From Capsulimonadaceae bacterium (lineage in GTDB: Bacteria > Armatimonadota > Armatimonadia > Armatimonadales > Capsulimonadaceae): 64,000 nt of DNA. The position numbers were made by a program, and so were the translations under genes. The stretch spans positions 2,432,001-2,496,000 of the forward strand of contig OZ244065.1 in assembly GCA_965215505.1 (NCBI GenBank), written 5' to 3'. Of the stretch, positions 18,103 to 26,853 are shown piece by piece (position 1 is the stretch's first letter; each line of letters begins with the position of its first letter). The notes beneath the pieces were generated by a model. That model saw only the letters and a list, made by a program, of their open reading frames with translations, searched no databases and was not told where the DNA came from.

Positions 18103-20793
18103 TTATTTCCGCCCGAGCAGCGGCTTCAGCAGGGGGGCGAGCCGCTGTGCGACCTTCCGGTGCCCGGCCTCGGTGGGGTGGACGCCGTCCAGGAAGTCGG
18201 CCTTGTCCAGCCAGCCCGTCGTGTCAATGAAGTGGACCCGGTCGTCCCCTGCCATGCTCGATGCCTCCGCGGCCCGGCGGATCGCGGCCTCGTAAGGCCC
18301 GCCGAAGGGGCGTAGGGCGACGATCTGGACGCGGGGGAACTTCGCCCGCAGCTTACGCACGAAGCCGACGTAGCTGGCCGTCATGACGGCCTCCGGCTCG
18401 GACCCACACCGGTCGTTCTGGCCCAGGTTGATGACGATGACCTGGGGAATATAGGAAAAGTCCCACGGGGTGGGCGGCGTCTCGCCCAGATGGTTGAAAT
18501 TCTTGAGCCGGAAGTACTGCGTGTCCAGGCCCGCCTTGTCCCCGGCGCAGCCGTAGCCCGAGGTTAGGGCGCGGGCGCTGAAGGCGATCTGGGTGTGGTC
18601 GCAGTCCAGCATCTCGGCGCTGTCCCAGGCATAATTCACGGTGGCCGGGAGGGTCTGGCCGCCCCCGGTCGTGATGGAGTCGCCGATGAACTCGATGACG
18701 GGCCGCGCGGGCGTCCGCAGCGTCCGGGCGTTGTGGTCAAGCACGAGGCCCTTGAATTCAATCTCGCCGTTCTGGCCCGGCGAGCCGAGGAGCAGGGTGT
18801 GGACGCCATCCTTCAAAGGCCGGGCGTCCAGCGCCTTGACCTCGTGCGGCGGCTCCCCGTCCACGCTGATCAGGACGGTCGGACCGCCCGCCGTCGCGCC
18901 GCCCTGAAAGCCGATGGATGTCCCGGTGAAGGTCGCGCGCAGGTAGGCCCCGCCCCAATTCGAGCGGGAAACATTTACATCGCCCCGGTCCCAGCGTCCG
19001 ACATACACGAGGTTGGTGTCGGTCGGCAAGCCATCCTGGAGGTGGGGGGCGACAGAGACTATATCGGAGTAGTCATAGTTGGCTTGAGACCGGACATCGG
19101 GCCGGATGCCTGCCGGATCGTTTCCGATGACGTTTGTTACGTTCGCACCGACGGCGACCAGTGGGAACGTGACGAACCGGGATGCATCGTTGACGATGTT
19201 GCCTCTCAGCGTAATGTTGCGGCTGTTCGCAAGCCGAACCGCAGAGGGTGACTTACCGGGTGGTGACGCATTGGACTCCGTGAAGACATTGCCTGTCAGG
19301 ATCAGCCCGTTCGTCCACTGCACGTCTACGTCGCCCTGGACATTGGCGACGAAATGGTTATGCTGGACGATGATGCTTTGATTCCCCACCGCACCGTCGC
19401 CGTGGACAAGAACCGCGCCGCCGCCATAGGCGGCAATCCCGTTCCCGCGAAAAGTGTTGCTCGCCACCAGGACGTGCCTGACGTAGTCCGCCTCGTTCCA
19501 ATAGTATTCGGGGCCGAGGGAGACGGCGGCCTGGCCGCAGCCCTCGATCACGTTGCCTTTGATCAGCCCATCGTCGGCTTTGATGAGGATGCCGCGCGAG
19601 CGCGTATTGCCCAGGCGGCAGCCGATTATCTTGAAACCCGCCCCGTTCTTACGCGGGTTGCTGACCTTCGCGCCGGGCGGCACGGCAAGGTCTCGGTCCA
19701 GGGTGCAGGTCCATGTCTTGTCGCCGTTGTCTTTGAGGGCCATGACCGTCGCCTCCCCGAAGAAACCCTTCTCGTCCGAGATGCGTGCGGGCTGGCCGGT
19801 CGCAAGCCCCCCACTGCCGCCCAGGGTCAGGGTGCTGCCGGAGACGCTCTTGATGGCCGTGAAGCCGCCGTGGATGGCGATGCAGTCGTCGAGGAAAACG
19901 CCCTTGAACACGCAGTCCTCGATGTCCGGGCCGGGGTAGGACCCAATCATGTGCATGCCGTCGGCGGCGTTCGTGACGACCGGGTCTTCGGTCGCGCCTT
20001 TGGGCCGTGGCCCCAAGGCCCAGACGCAGTGGAGATAATGGTTGCCGCCGCCGTTGTCCTCGCGGATCGGGGCGAAGCCGTTCCGCATCAGGGTCACGTC
20101 TTTGACCGTGCAGTCGCTGCTGTCCCCGACGTAGACCTTGAACGGGGCATCCCCATAGCGCCCGACCAGCCAGTCGCCGACGCCGAAGTTCAGGGCGGCC
20201 TGGTTGAAGTGGACCCGAAAGCTGCCGTCGCCCAATGCCTCGGCGGATGCACCGTAATAGTCCCCCACCCCGGTCTTCAGCAGGCGCGTCTTGCCGTCCA
20301 CGACGTTGACATCGCCGCCGAGAAAGCCTTTGGGTTCCTTGTCCGGCGGGACCGGGTAGCCGGCGCCGGGCCGCCAGTCGCAGGTGGCCTTGCCGGCCGC
20401 GTCTTCGCCGACGGCAAGGACGCGCCCCTGGTAGGCCGTGACCTCTGATTGAGACAAGACCGGCCCTTGCAGGGTGACGTTGGTGCAGTGGCTGATGTCG
20501 AAGACGTTATGGTTCCACTTCAGGTCCGTGATGATCAGGGTGACGCCGTAGGCACTGAGGACCGCGTCTTTCCAGCCGTCCAGCGTAAACGCCGTGTGGC
20601 CGACATCGGGCAGCCTATAGACGCCCGGCTTGATGACGATGCGCCGTGCGCCGCCTTTGTAGGCATCTTGGACAGCCTGTGCCAGCGCGCCGGGGTTTTT
20701 GGGGTCGCCTACGGTGACGGCGGCGGGGGCGGGCGCGTAGCCGGTGAGCAGAGCGGCGGCGAGGGCGAGCAGAAGCAGGAGAGGTGTTTTCAA
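18103..20793 (-). CDS. Secreted beta-helix protein fused to a C-terminal SGNH (CE2-like) esterase
   Basis: TNAADGMH..DDCIAIHG beta-helix; YVGRW, IEFIGDSIT, INLGQND and DGVHP motifs. TTG start. Confidence 0.8.
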   Translation of the reverse strand: MKTPLLLLLALAAALLTGYAPAPAAVTVGDPKNPGALAQAVQDAYKGGARRIVIKPGVYRLPDVGHTAFTLDGWKDAVLSAYGVTLIITDLKWNHNVFDISHCTNVTLQGPVLSQSEVTAYQGRVLAVGEDAAGKATCDWRPGAGYPVPPDKEPKGFLGGDVNVVDGKTRLLKTGVGDYYGASAEALGDGSFRVHFNQAALNFGVGDWLVGRYGDAPFKVYVGDSSDCTVKDVTLMRNGFAPIREDNGGGNHYLHCVWALGPRPKGATEDPVVTNAADGMHMIGSYPGPDIEDCVFKGVFLDDCIAIHGGFTAIKSVSGSTLTLGGSGGLATGQPARISDEKGFFGEATVMALKDNGDKTWTCTLDRDLAVPPGAKVSNPRKNGAGFKIIGCRLGNTRSRGILIKADDGLIKGNVIEGCGQAAVSLGPEYYWNEADYVRHVLVASNTFRGNGIAAYGGGAVLVHGDGAVGNQSIIVQHNHFVANVQGDVDVQWTNGLILTGNVFTESNASPPGKSPSAVRLANSRNITLRGNIVNDASRFVTFPLVAVGANVTNVIGNDPAGIRPDVRSQANYDYSDIVSVAPHLQDGLPTDTNLVYVGRWDRGDVNVSRSNWGGAYLRATFTGTSIGFQGGATAGGPTVLISVDGEPPHEVKALDARPLKDGVHTLLLGSPGQNGEIEFKGLVLDHNARTLRTPARPVIEFIGDSITTGGGQTLPATVNYAWDSAEMLDCDHTQIAFSARALTSGYGCAGDKAGLDTQYFRLKNFNHLGETPPTPWDFSYIPQVIVINLGQNDRCGSEPEAVMTASYVGFVRKLRAKFPRVQIVALRPFGGPYEAAIRRAAEASSMAGDDRVHFIDTTGWLDKADFLDGVHPTEAGHRKVAQRLAPLLKPLLGRK

Positions 20794-20817
20794 CTGTAAT
20801 CCTTGAACTCGGGTTGC

Positions 20818-20946
20818 CCCGGCACTAAAGTGCCTGGCTACTGTTGAGTGAAAACCCCTCCGGGGTTGAGGACAGGCACATTGGGCTACGTCCTCAGTCG
20901 CGGAGCGACTTTCATTCCAGAGTAGCCCGGCACTGGAAGTGCCGGG
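20818..20946. repeat. Four-hairpin palindromic element (REPIN/PATE-like), copy A
   Basis: CCCGGCACTAAAGTGCCTGGCTAC ... GTAGCCCGGCACTGGAAGTGCCGGG, with inner hairpins AACCCCTCCGGGGTT and AGTCGCGGAGCGACT. Confidence 0.75.
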
Positions 20947-20955
20947 AAATCCCCG

Positions 20956-23880
20956 TCACGGCGACGTGTAGAACTCGATCTCGGCGACGTTGTTCCAGCC
21001 ATCCTCGGGCGACAGGTAACGGACATAGCGGAAGGCGCGGGCCGAGGCGATGTCGGTGATCTCCGACCACTGCCCGTCCACCGGCTCCATCAGGGGCGCG
21101 GTCAGGTCCTTGACGTCGGCATGGAAGTCGCGGGTGTCGCTCCCCTGAAACTTGCCGCCGGTCATGCGCCGGGTCCATGCGGCGCGCGGGAAGAAACGGA
21201 TTTTGGTGATCGCCTTCTGGGTGACAAGGTCCAGGCCCGCCCAGCAGTCGCTGCCCGCCGTGGCCTCGGCGGCATCCACGAAGGTGGACGTGCTGCCGTC
21301 GAACGCCCTGGCAATGTCGGTCACTCCGGCGCTGAAGGCGCCCGGCGTGCCGATGACCGCCCCCGTCAGCCTGATGAAGCCGGCCGGCACGGGCCGGGCC
21401 GAGGGCGTGGGCAGGACGCCTGGCGCGCGGCCCGCCACGTCCTCGGCAGGCTGGGAAGTGATCGTGGCCGTGACGGGGGCCAGACCGTCCGCCCGCGCCG
21501 TCACCCGGATCGCGCCCCGCTCCAGCCCGGCCTGAAGGAGTACGGAGGCGACGCCCGCCTCCACATGCACCGGGTCAATCCCGACAAGCCGCGCGGGGCC
21601 GGTGACGGAGAACCTCAGCGACGGCAGCGCGTTCTCGGGTACGACCGTTCCATTTTGGTCTACAAGGGAGGCGCGCACGAAGATCGCATCCGCGCCGTCG
21701 GCGACCAGCGGATGGCGGGCCGTGTCAAAGACGAGCCGCAGGGCCTTGGGCGCTTCCGGGGTGCGGACGGCATCCGTGGCGACAACCTTGCCGCCGAGGT
21801 AGCCGACGGCCTTCAGCGTCCCCGGCGTGTAAGGGACGGTGGGGAAGGTGAACGGCGGGTGGGACAGGTGCCTGGCGTTGCCGCCGTCGAACATGTAGCC
21901 GCCGCTGTCATCGTAGCGGGTGCCGTTGGTGTCGGCGAGGTCTACCTTCTTCTTGCCGTAAGGGGTGTCGGGGCCGGCATCGGGCCGCTGGCGCTTGAAC
22001 AGCTTGTCGTTGACGAAGAGGGCCACCTCGTCACAGTTGGAGAAGACGACGACGCGCGACGGCGAAGGGCGTTTAGTCCAGTCGTTGGCGACAAACACCA
22101 TCGGGCCGCTCTCGGCGTCCGGGCGCATCAGGGCCGGGTCGCGCTGGCTCTGGTAGAAGCGGTAGACGTACTTGGGCAGCCGGAAGATGTCCATCATCCC
22201 GGACTGCTCCTGCTTCGGGTTGTAGCCCCGGTTGTAGTCGAACATGCACCAGGTGGCGCTGCCGATGAAGGCACTTTGCGGGTTCTCGAATGCCGCGTCC
22301 ATGCCGTTGAGGCTCCACAGGAAGTTCCAGGTCTGCTGGAGCATCGCCGACTCGCCCGCCCCGCGCGTCTTCCTGGACGTACTCTCATTGCCGCCGAAGC
22401 TCCAGTCGCCGTACTCGCGGGCGAAGTTCTTGACGTCCCAGCCGTGCCAGCCGTTCGGATAGGGGTCGCCGAAGGTGAGGCACTGGTCGCCGGGGTACTC
22501 TTCGTGGGCGGTCTCATAGGCCGCCTCGCACCAGTCGGTCGGCGGGCGCGTCTCGTTCAGGTTCGGCTCCCAAAAGACGACGCTCGGGTGGTTCCGGTCC
22601 CGCCGGATCAGGTCCCGGATGTCCTGGAAAGTGCGGGTGACGAACGAAGGGTTATTACGGAAGATCTGCCAGCCGGGGATGGGTGCCTGGACCAGAATGC
22701 CAAGCTCGTCGCAGGCATCCAGAAAGGCCGGATCCTGCGGGTAGTGGCTCAGGCGGATGTGGTTAAAGCCGCCGTCTTTGATGCGCTGGGCGTCCCGTCG
22801 CCCGGCATTCGGCGACAGGGCGTATTCTAAGTACGGATATTCCTGGTGCCGGTTGGAGCCGTGAATGGGGAATGGCTTGCCGTTGATGTGCAGCCCGCCG
22901 CGCCCCAGGGCGAAGGTGCGGATGCCGAGATGCGTCCGCACCTCGTCGGTCGGCTGCCCCGCCCGGCTGACGGTGGTGACCAGTGTATACAGATTCGGGT
23001 GGTCCGGGTGCCACAGGCGCGGGCTGTCCACGACCAGGGTTTGAACGAACTCATGGTGCCCCCCGGCGGAGATCATCACCGGGTCGCTGGTGGCGGTCAG
23101 GACAAACCTGCCCGTTGCGTCCATCAGGGTGGAACGCACGGTGCATTTCGGGGCGATGGCTTCCGAGTCGTCGGCCACATCCGTTTTGACGTGCAGCGTC
23201 GCGCTCACGTCGGAGACGTCCGAGTAGGTGACGAACACGCCGCCCCCGGCGACGATGTCGGCGTCAACCGGGTCACTCACATGGACGGGATCGGTGACGA
23301 CGAGGCTGACGCCCCGGTACAGGCCGCCGGGGTAGTTGAAGTCCAGCCCGTCGGTGGGCTTGCCGGGCGGGACCTGGTCGGTGTCGCGGTTGTCCAGGCG
23401 GGCGGCGACCATGATTGGCTTGCCCGCCCCGGCCTCGCCCGTCAGGTCAACCGTGAAGGGCAAGTAGCCGCCCAGATGATGCGCCTTGTGGACTCCGTTC
23501 ACCCAGACGTCAGCGACCTGCATGGCCGCCCCGAAGCGCAGCGACACGCGCCTGCCGTTCCAGGCGGGGTCGGGCAGGATGGTTTTGCGATACCAGGAGA
23601 TGCCCTGCCAGGGGTGCGACTGGTCATACTTTTCGAGGCGCGGCGTGTGCGGCAGGGCGATCATCTCCCAGCGCGCGTCGTCCGCCGCGGGTGATTCCAG
23701 GGCGGGCGGCTCCGGGCCGTCCACGCGCAGGAACTTCCACCCGGCGTTCATCCCCTGTGCGGGGGCGGACGACGGGGCGGCGATCAGCGCCGTCAAGAGC
23801 AGGACAATCCAGAGAGCGGCAGCCGACAGGCGGCACCTCGACATGCGGCGTAGCCTGACGTGGCAATAGTAGGTCATCAT
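20956..23880 (-). CDS. GH2 glycoside hydrolase (beta-galactosidase-like) with C-terminal F5/8-type (discoidin) domain
   Basis: GGYLPF, GGLYRGV, GSNRHQ, RLSHYPQ and RDRNHPSV..W..LNE motifs; C-terminal FRYVRY..NVAEIEFY. Start codon uncertain (23880 or 23844). Confidence 0.9.
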   Translation of the reverse strand: MMTYYCHVRLRRMSRCRLSAAALWIVLLLTALIAAPSSAPAQGMNAGWKFLRVDGPEPPALESPAADDARWEMIALPHTPRLEKYDQSHPWQGISWYRKTILPDPAWNGRRVSLRFGAAMQVADVWVNGVHKAHHLGGYLPFTVDLTGEAGAGKPIMVAARLDNRDTDQVPPGKPTDGLDFNYPGGLYRGVSLVVTDPVHVSDPVDADIVAGGGVFVTYSDVSDVSATLHVKTDVADDSEAIAPKCTVRSTLMDATGRFVLTATSDPVMISAGGHHEFVQTLVVDSPRLWHPDHPNLYTLVTTVSRAGQPTDEVRTHLGIRTFALGRGGLHINGKPFPIHGSNRHQEYPYLEYALSPNAGRRDAQRIKDGGFNHIRLSHYPQDPAFLDACDELGILVQAPIPGWQIFRNNPSFVTRTFQDIRDLIRRDRNHPSVVFWEPNLNETRPPTDWCEAAYETAHEEYPGDQCLTFGDPYPNGWHGWDVKNFAREYGDWSFGGNESTSRKTRGAGESAMLQQTWNFLWSLNGMDAAFENPQSAFIGSATWCMFDYNRGYNPKQEQSGMMDIFRLPKYVYRFYQSQRDPALMRPDAESGPMVFVANDWTKRPSPSRVVVFSNCDEVALFVNDKLFKRQRPDAGPDTPYGKKKVDLADTNGTRYDDSGGYMFDGGNARHLSHPPFTFPTVPYTPGTLKAVGYLGGKVVATDAVRTPEAPKALRLVFDTARHPLVADGADAIFVRASLVDQNGTVVPENALPSLRFSVTGPARLVGIDPVHVEAGVASVLLQAGLERGAIRVTARADGLAPVTATITSQPAEDVAGRAPGVLPTPSARPVPAGFIRLTGAVIGTPGAFSAGVTDIARAFDGSTSTFVDAAEATAGSDCWAGLDLVTQKAITKIRFFPRAAWTRRMTGGKFQGSDTRDFHADVKDLTAPLMEPVDGQWSEITDIASARAFRYVRYLSPEDGWNNVAEIEFYTSP

Positions 23881-23888
23881 CTCCGCCC

Positions 23889-23964
23889 ATGATAATACAA
23901 ACAGGCCCGGTTGTCAAGCTGGGGGGCGCATTTGCTTGACAGGAACCGGCGTCCGTGATAGGAT
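23889..23964. promoter_or_regulatory. Divergent sigma70-type promoters (GH2 gene / aqpZ)
   Basis: Minus strand TTGACA-17-TATCAT (23917-23889); plus strand TTGACA-17-TAGGAT (23936-23964). Confidence 0.65.
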
Positions 23965-24025
23965 GGGGAGGCTTACAGCCACACAGAACACGCGCAGGGA
24001 ACGCGCGGAATGAAGAGGAGACAGG

Positions 24026-24778
24026 ATGAAGAAGTATGCGGCCGAGTTCGTGGGGACGTTCGTCCTCGTCTTCGGCGGGTGCGGCAGCGCCGTCCTCGCC
24101 GGGGAGAAGATCGGGTTTCTGGGGGTGTCGCTGGCCTTCGGCCTGTCGCTGCTGGCGATGGCCTATACCATCGGGCCGATCTCCGGGTGTCACATCAACC
24201 CCGCCGTGACCTTGGGGCTGTTCCTGAGCAAGAAGCTGCCCGCCCGTGACGTGGGCGGCTATGTGGCGGGGCAAATACTGGGCGGGATCGTGGCGGCGGG
24301 CCTGCTGCTGCTGATCGTCAAGGGCGGCCCGAACGGCTACGACCCGGCCGTGGGCGGCTTCGCGGCCAACGGCTACGGGGACCATTCGCCCGGCAACTAT
24401 AGCCTCGCGGCGGCCTTCCTGACCGAGATGATCCTGACCTTCTTCCTGGTCTTCACCGTCCTGGGGACGACGGACATCAAGGCCCCCGTCGGCTTCGCGG
24501 GCATCCCCATCGGGCTGGTGCTTGTCCTGATCCATCTGGTCGGCATCCCCGTGACCAACACCTCGGTCAACCCGGCCCGGAGCATCAGCCAGGCCGTTTT
24601 CGTCGGCGGCTGGGCGCTGGCCCAATTATGGCTGTTCATCGTCGCCCCGTGCCTCGGCGCGGCCATCGCCTCGGTCGCCTACAGCGCCCTGCGGACGGCG
24701 GACCGGGACCCCGACCGGCCCGTCTCGGCGCGGAAAGCGCAGTCGGCCCTGCCGAGCGAGCAGGACGAGCGGGCGTGA
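24026..24778 (+). CDS. aqpZ: Aquaporin Z
   Basis: AEFVGTF, ISGCHINPAVT, TNTSVNPARS and ANGYGDHSPG motifs. Confidence 0.95.
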   Translation: MKKYAAEFVGTFVLVFGGCGSAVLAGEKIGFLGVSLAFGLSLLAMAYTIGPISGCHINPAVTLGLFLSKKLPARDVGGYVAGQILGGIVAAGLLLLIVKGGPNGYDPAVGGFAANGYGDHSPGNYSLAAAFLTEMILTFFLVFTVLGTTDIKAPVGFAGIPIGLVLVLIHLVGIPVTNTSVNPARSISQAVFVGGWALAQLWLFIVAPCLGAAIASVAYSALRTADRDPDRPVSARKAQSALPSEQDERA

Positions 24779-24853
24779 GACGGGCAGGAGGAACAATGGC
24801 GGGTCGGCGCGAATGAGGTCCGGCGGGAGCATAAAGGGGCAAAGAGGGGAACC

Positions 24854-26806
24854 ATGAGAATGTCAGCCGGAACCAAACGCCGCTGCGGAGCCGCCGAAAT
24901 CCTCTGGGCGTTGCTCGCCCTCTGTCTGCCAGCGGCGATGCCCGCGCGGGCGCAGACACGTCCCGCCACCAATCCCATTGTTACGAGCAGCCTCCAGCGG
25001 ATCGTAGATAAAATCCCCGTCGCGCCTCTGGACCTGCCGCCGTACCTCGCCAAGCCCTCGGATGTGTATCTGCTGGTCACGGCGGGGGCCTCGTACACCG
25101 CCGTTCAGGTGCTGGCGAACCCGGAAGTGCCGCCGCAGACCGTCGCCCACGCCCTGTCGTCGGCCCTGGTGGGGACGCCCCTGCGGGGGCGGACAGTTGA
25201 GTGGTCGGCGGACCGCTATTCGGCGGCCCAGGTGTCGGAAGACCATCACCGTTTCGGGGCGATGCACGGGTCCAACACTGTCCTCATCGCGCCTTTGATG
25301 GCCGGGCTGCGGCGGGCCGGGCTGACGCCGCATCTGCTGCTGCGCGTCGCCACCCATGCCGGCACGGCTCCCCTATCGATTTCCCACTATGGCACACGCG
25401 CCTTCTTTTGGTACGATGCCCGGCATCTCGGCGGTCTGGGCAGCGTCACGGTCACGGACCGGATGACCTGGATCACCCCGGCTCGCCTCCTCGCTTATTA
25501 CCTCGTGCCCCCCCTGGTCTGCCTCCTGGGGCTGTGGCTGGCCGGGATCGTCAGCAGCCGGGCCGGCCTGGAGGACGCCGCGCGGCGTCTCGTGTTCCGC
25601 CGGGTTGGCAGCTACGCCGTCATGGGCGGGTTCATGGCCCAGGTCGGCGGGATGGTGTACCTTCTGCGGACGCCGACCCCGGCGGGCGTCGCCGACCTCT
25701 GGTTCGGCAGCAGCACGACGACCGGGCTGGTCCCGTTCCTGGTGGCCGCCGTCGTTCCTCTCATGCTCTTCATGGTCCTGGTCCATAAGCAGGAGATTCG
25801 CCGATTCGGGCCGGTCGCCATCGGCCCCGCCATCCCGGTCCCTATGTCCGACGAGGAGAAGGCCGTTCGCAAGCGCGTCGCCCAATACAGCAGGGTGCCA
25901 CACATCATCGGATCAGTGGTGCTGGCGGTCGCCTTGTTCGCCGTGCCGCGTTCCAGCCCACTCTATCCGGTCGTCCATCCGGTCGCTATATTCCTGCCCC
26001 TCATTGGCGGGAGTCTGGTCCCCTTGCTGTTCAAAAAGCGGCTGGACCGCTTCACGCAGAAGGCGCTCGACGATGACCTCACCTGGCGGGCGCGGCAGCT
26101 CGGTCAAACGCTGGGCGTGCGGATGCCGGACGTCTTCGTGGAGGACAGCAGCCGGGCCGCCCATCTGGCATCCGCCTCGCATCAGGGCCACCACATCACG
26201 CTGTCCCGGAAGCTGCAAGCGACGTTCACGGCGGCGGAGACGAATTTCGTGCTGGCGCATCACTTAGCCCGCATGAAGGGGAGGGGCGGCAGTAACATGT
26301 GGTGGATGCGAAGCCTTTTTCTTCTGCCGATGCTCCTCCTCAGCGTCCTTGTTTTCTTGCCTCGTCTCGTCCCCGGCAGCCCGACCGTGACGCCCCTGAT
26401 GGTTTCCCCTTGGTTCCCTCAGGCGATGTTCGCCGGCATACTCCTGTGGGGTGTGTCGGTGCTGATGGTCGTTAAAAGCAGCGCAGGGCGGCAGGCGAAA
26501 CAAGACACGGCCGCAGACAGGGACGCCCTGGAGGCAACAGGCAATCTGGCCGCCGCCGAGGGCGCGCTGGATAAACTGAGTGCGGACGCCGCCCTAACCC
26601 CAGAGGCGCAGGCGGCGGCGCAGTTCAGCGGCGGCTTCGGCGGGAAGGCGGGGAACAATATGGTGCAACTAGCGTCGGGCCGTCTCCTGCTGCGCCGGGC
26701 AGTCTTGCAAAAGACGGCGGCGACGCTGCGGTTCGCGCCCGCGCCCGGCGCGGAGTCGGCGGCCCCGGACCTCAGCCCGTTCTCGTCGCGCACGGATAGC
26801 AGATGA
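24854..26806 (+). CDS. Membrane protein with an M48 (HtpX/Ste24)-like domain and degenerate zinc motif
   Basis: Multiple TM segments. LGVRMPDVFV...ITLSRKL...ETNFVLAHHLARMK...QDTAADRDA follows the M48 motif order but lacks HExxH. Confidence 0.6.
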   Translation: MRMSAGTKRRCGAAEILWALLALCLPAAMPARAQTRPATNPIVTSSLQRIVDKIPVAPLDLPPYLAKPSDVYLLVTAGASYTAVQVLANPEVPPQTVAHALSSALVGTPLRGRTVEWSADRYSAAQVSEDHHRFGAMHGSNTVLIAPLMAGLRRAGLTPHLLLRVATHAGTAPLSISHYGTRAFFWYDARHLGGLGSVTVTDRMTWITPARLLAYYLVPPLVCLLGLWLAGIVSSRAGLEDAARRLVFRRVGSYAVMGGFMAQVGGMVYLLRTPTPAGVADLWFGSSTTTGLVPFLVAAVVPLMLFMVLVHKQEIRRFGPVAIGPAIPVPMSDEEKAVRKRVAQYSRVPHIIGSVVLAVALFAVPRSSPLYPVVHPVAIFLPLIGGSLVPLLFKKRLDRFTQKALDDDLTWRARQLGQTLGVRMPDVFVEDSSRAAHLASASHQGHHITLSRKLQATFTAAETNFVLAHHLARMKGRGGSNMWWMRSLFLLPMLLLSVLVFLPRLVPGSPTVTPLMVSPWFPQAMFAGILLWGVSVLMVVKSSAGRQAKQDTAADRDALEATGNLAAAEGALDKLSADAALTPEAQAAAQFSGGFGGKAGNNMVQLASGRLLLRRAVLQKTAATLRFAPAPGAESAAPDLSPFSSRTDSR

Positions 26807-26853
26807 TCCGGCCCTTCAGGGCTTGGTACGATCACGGAGGGGCGAAGAAGACC

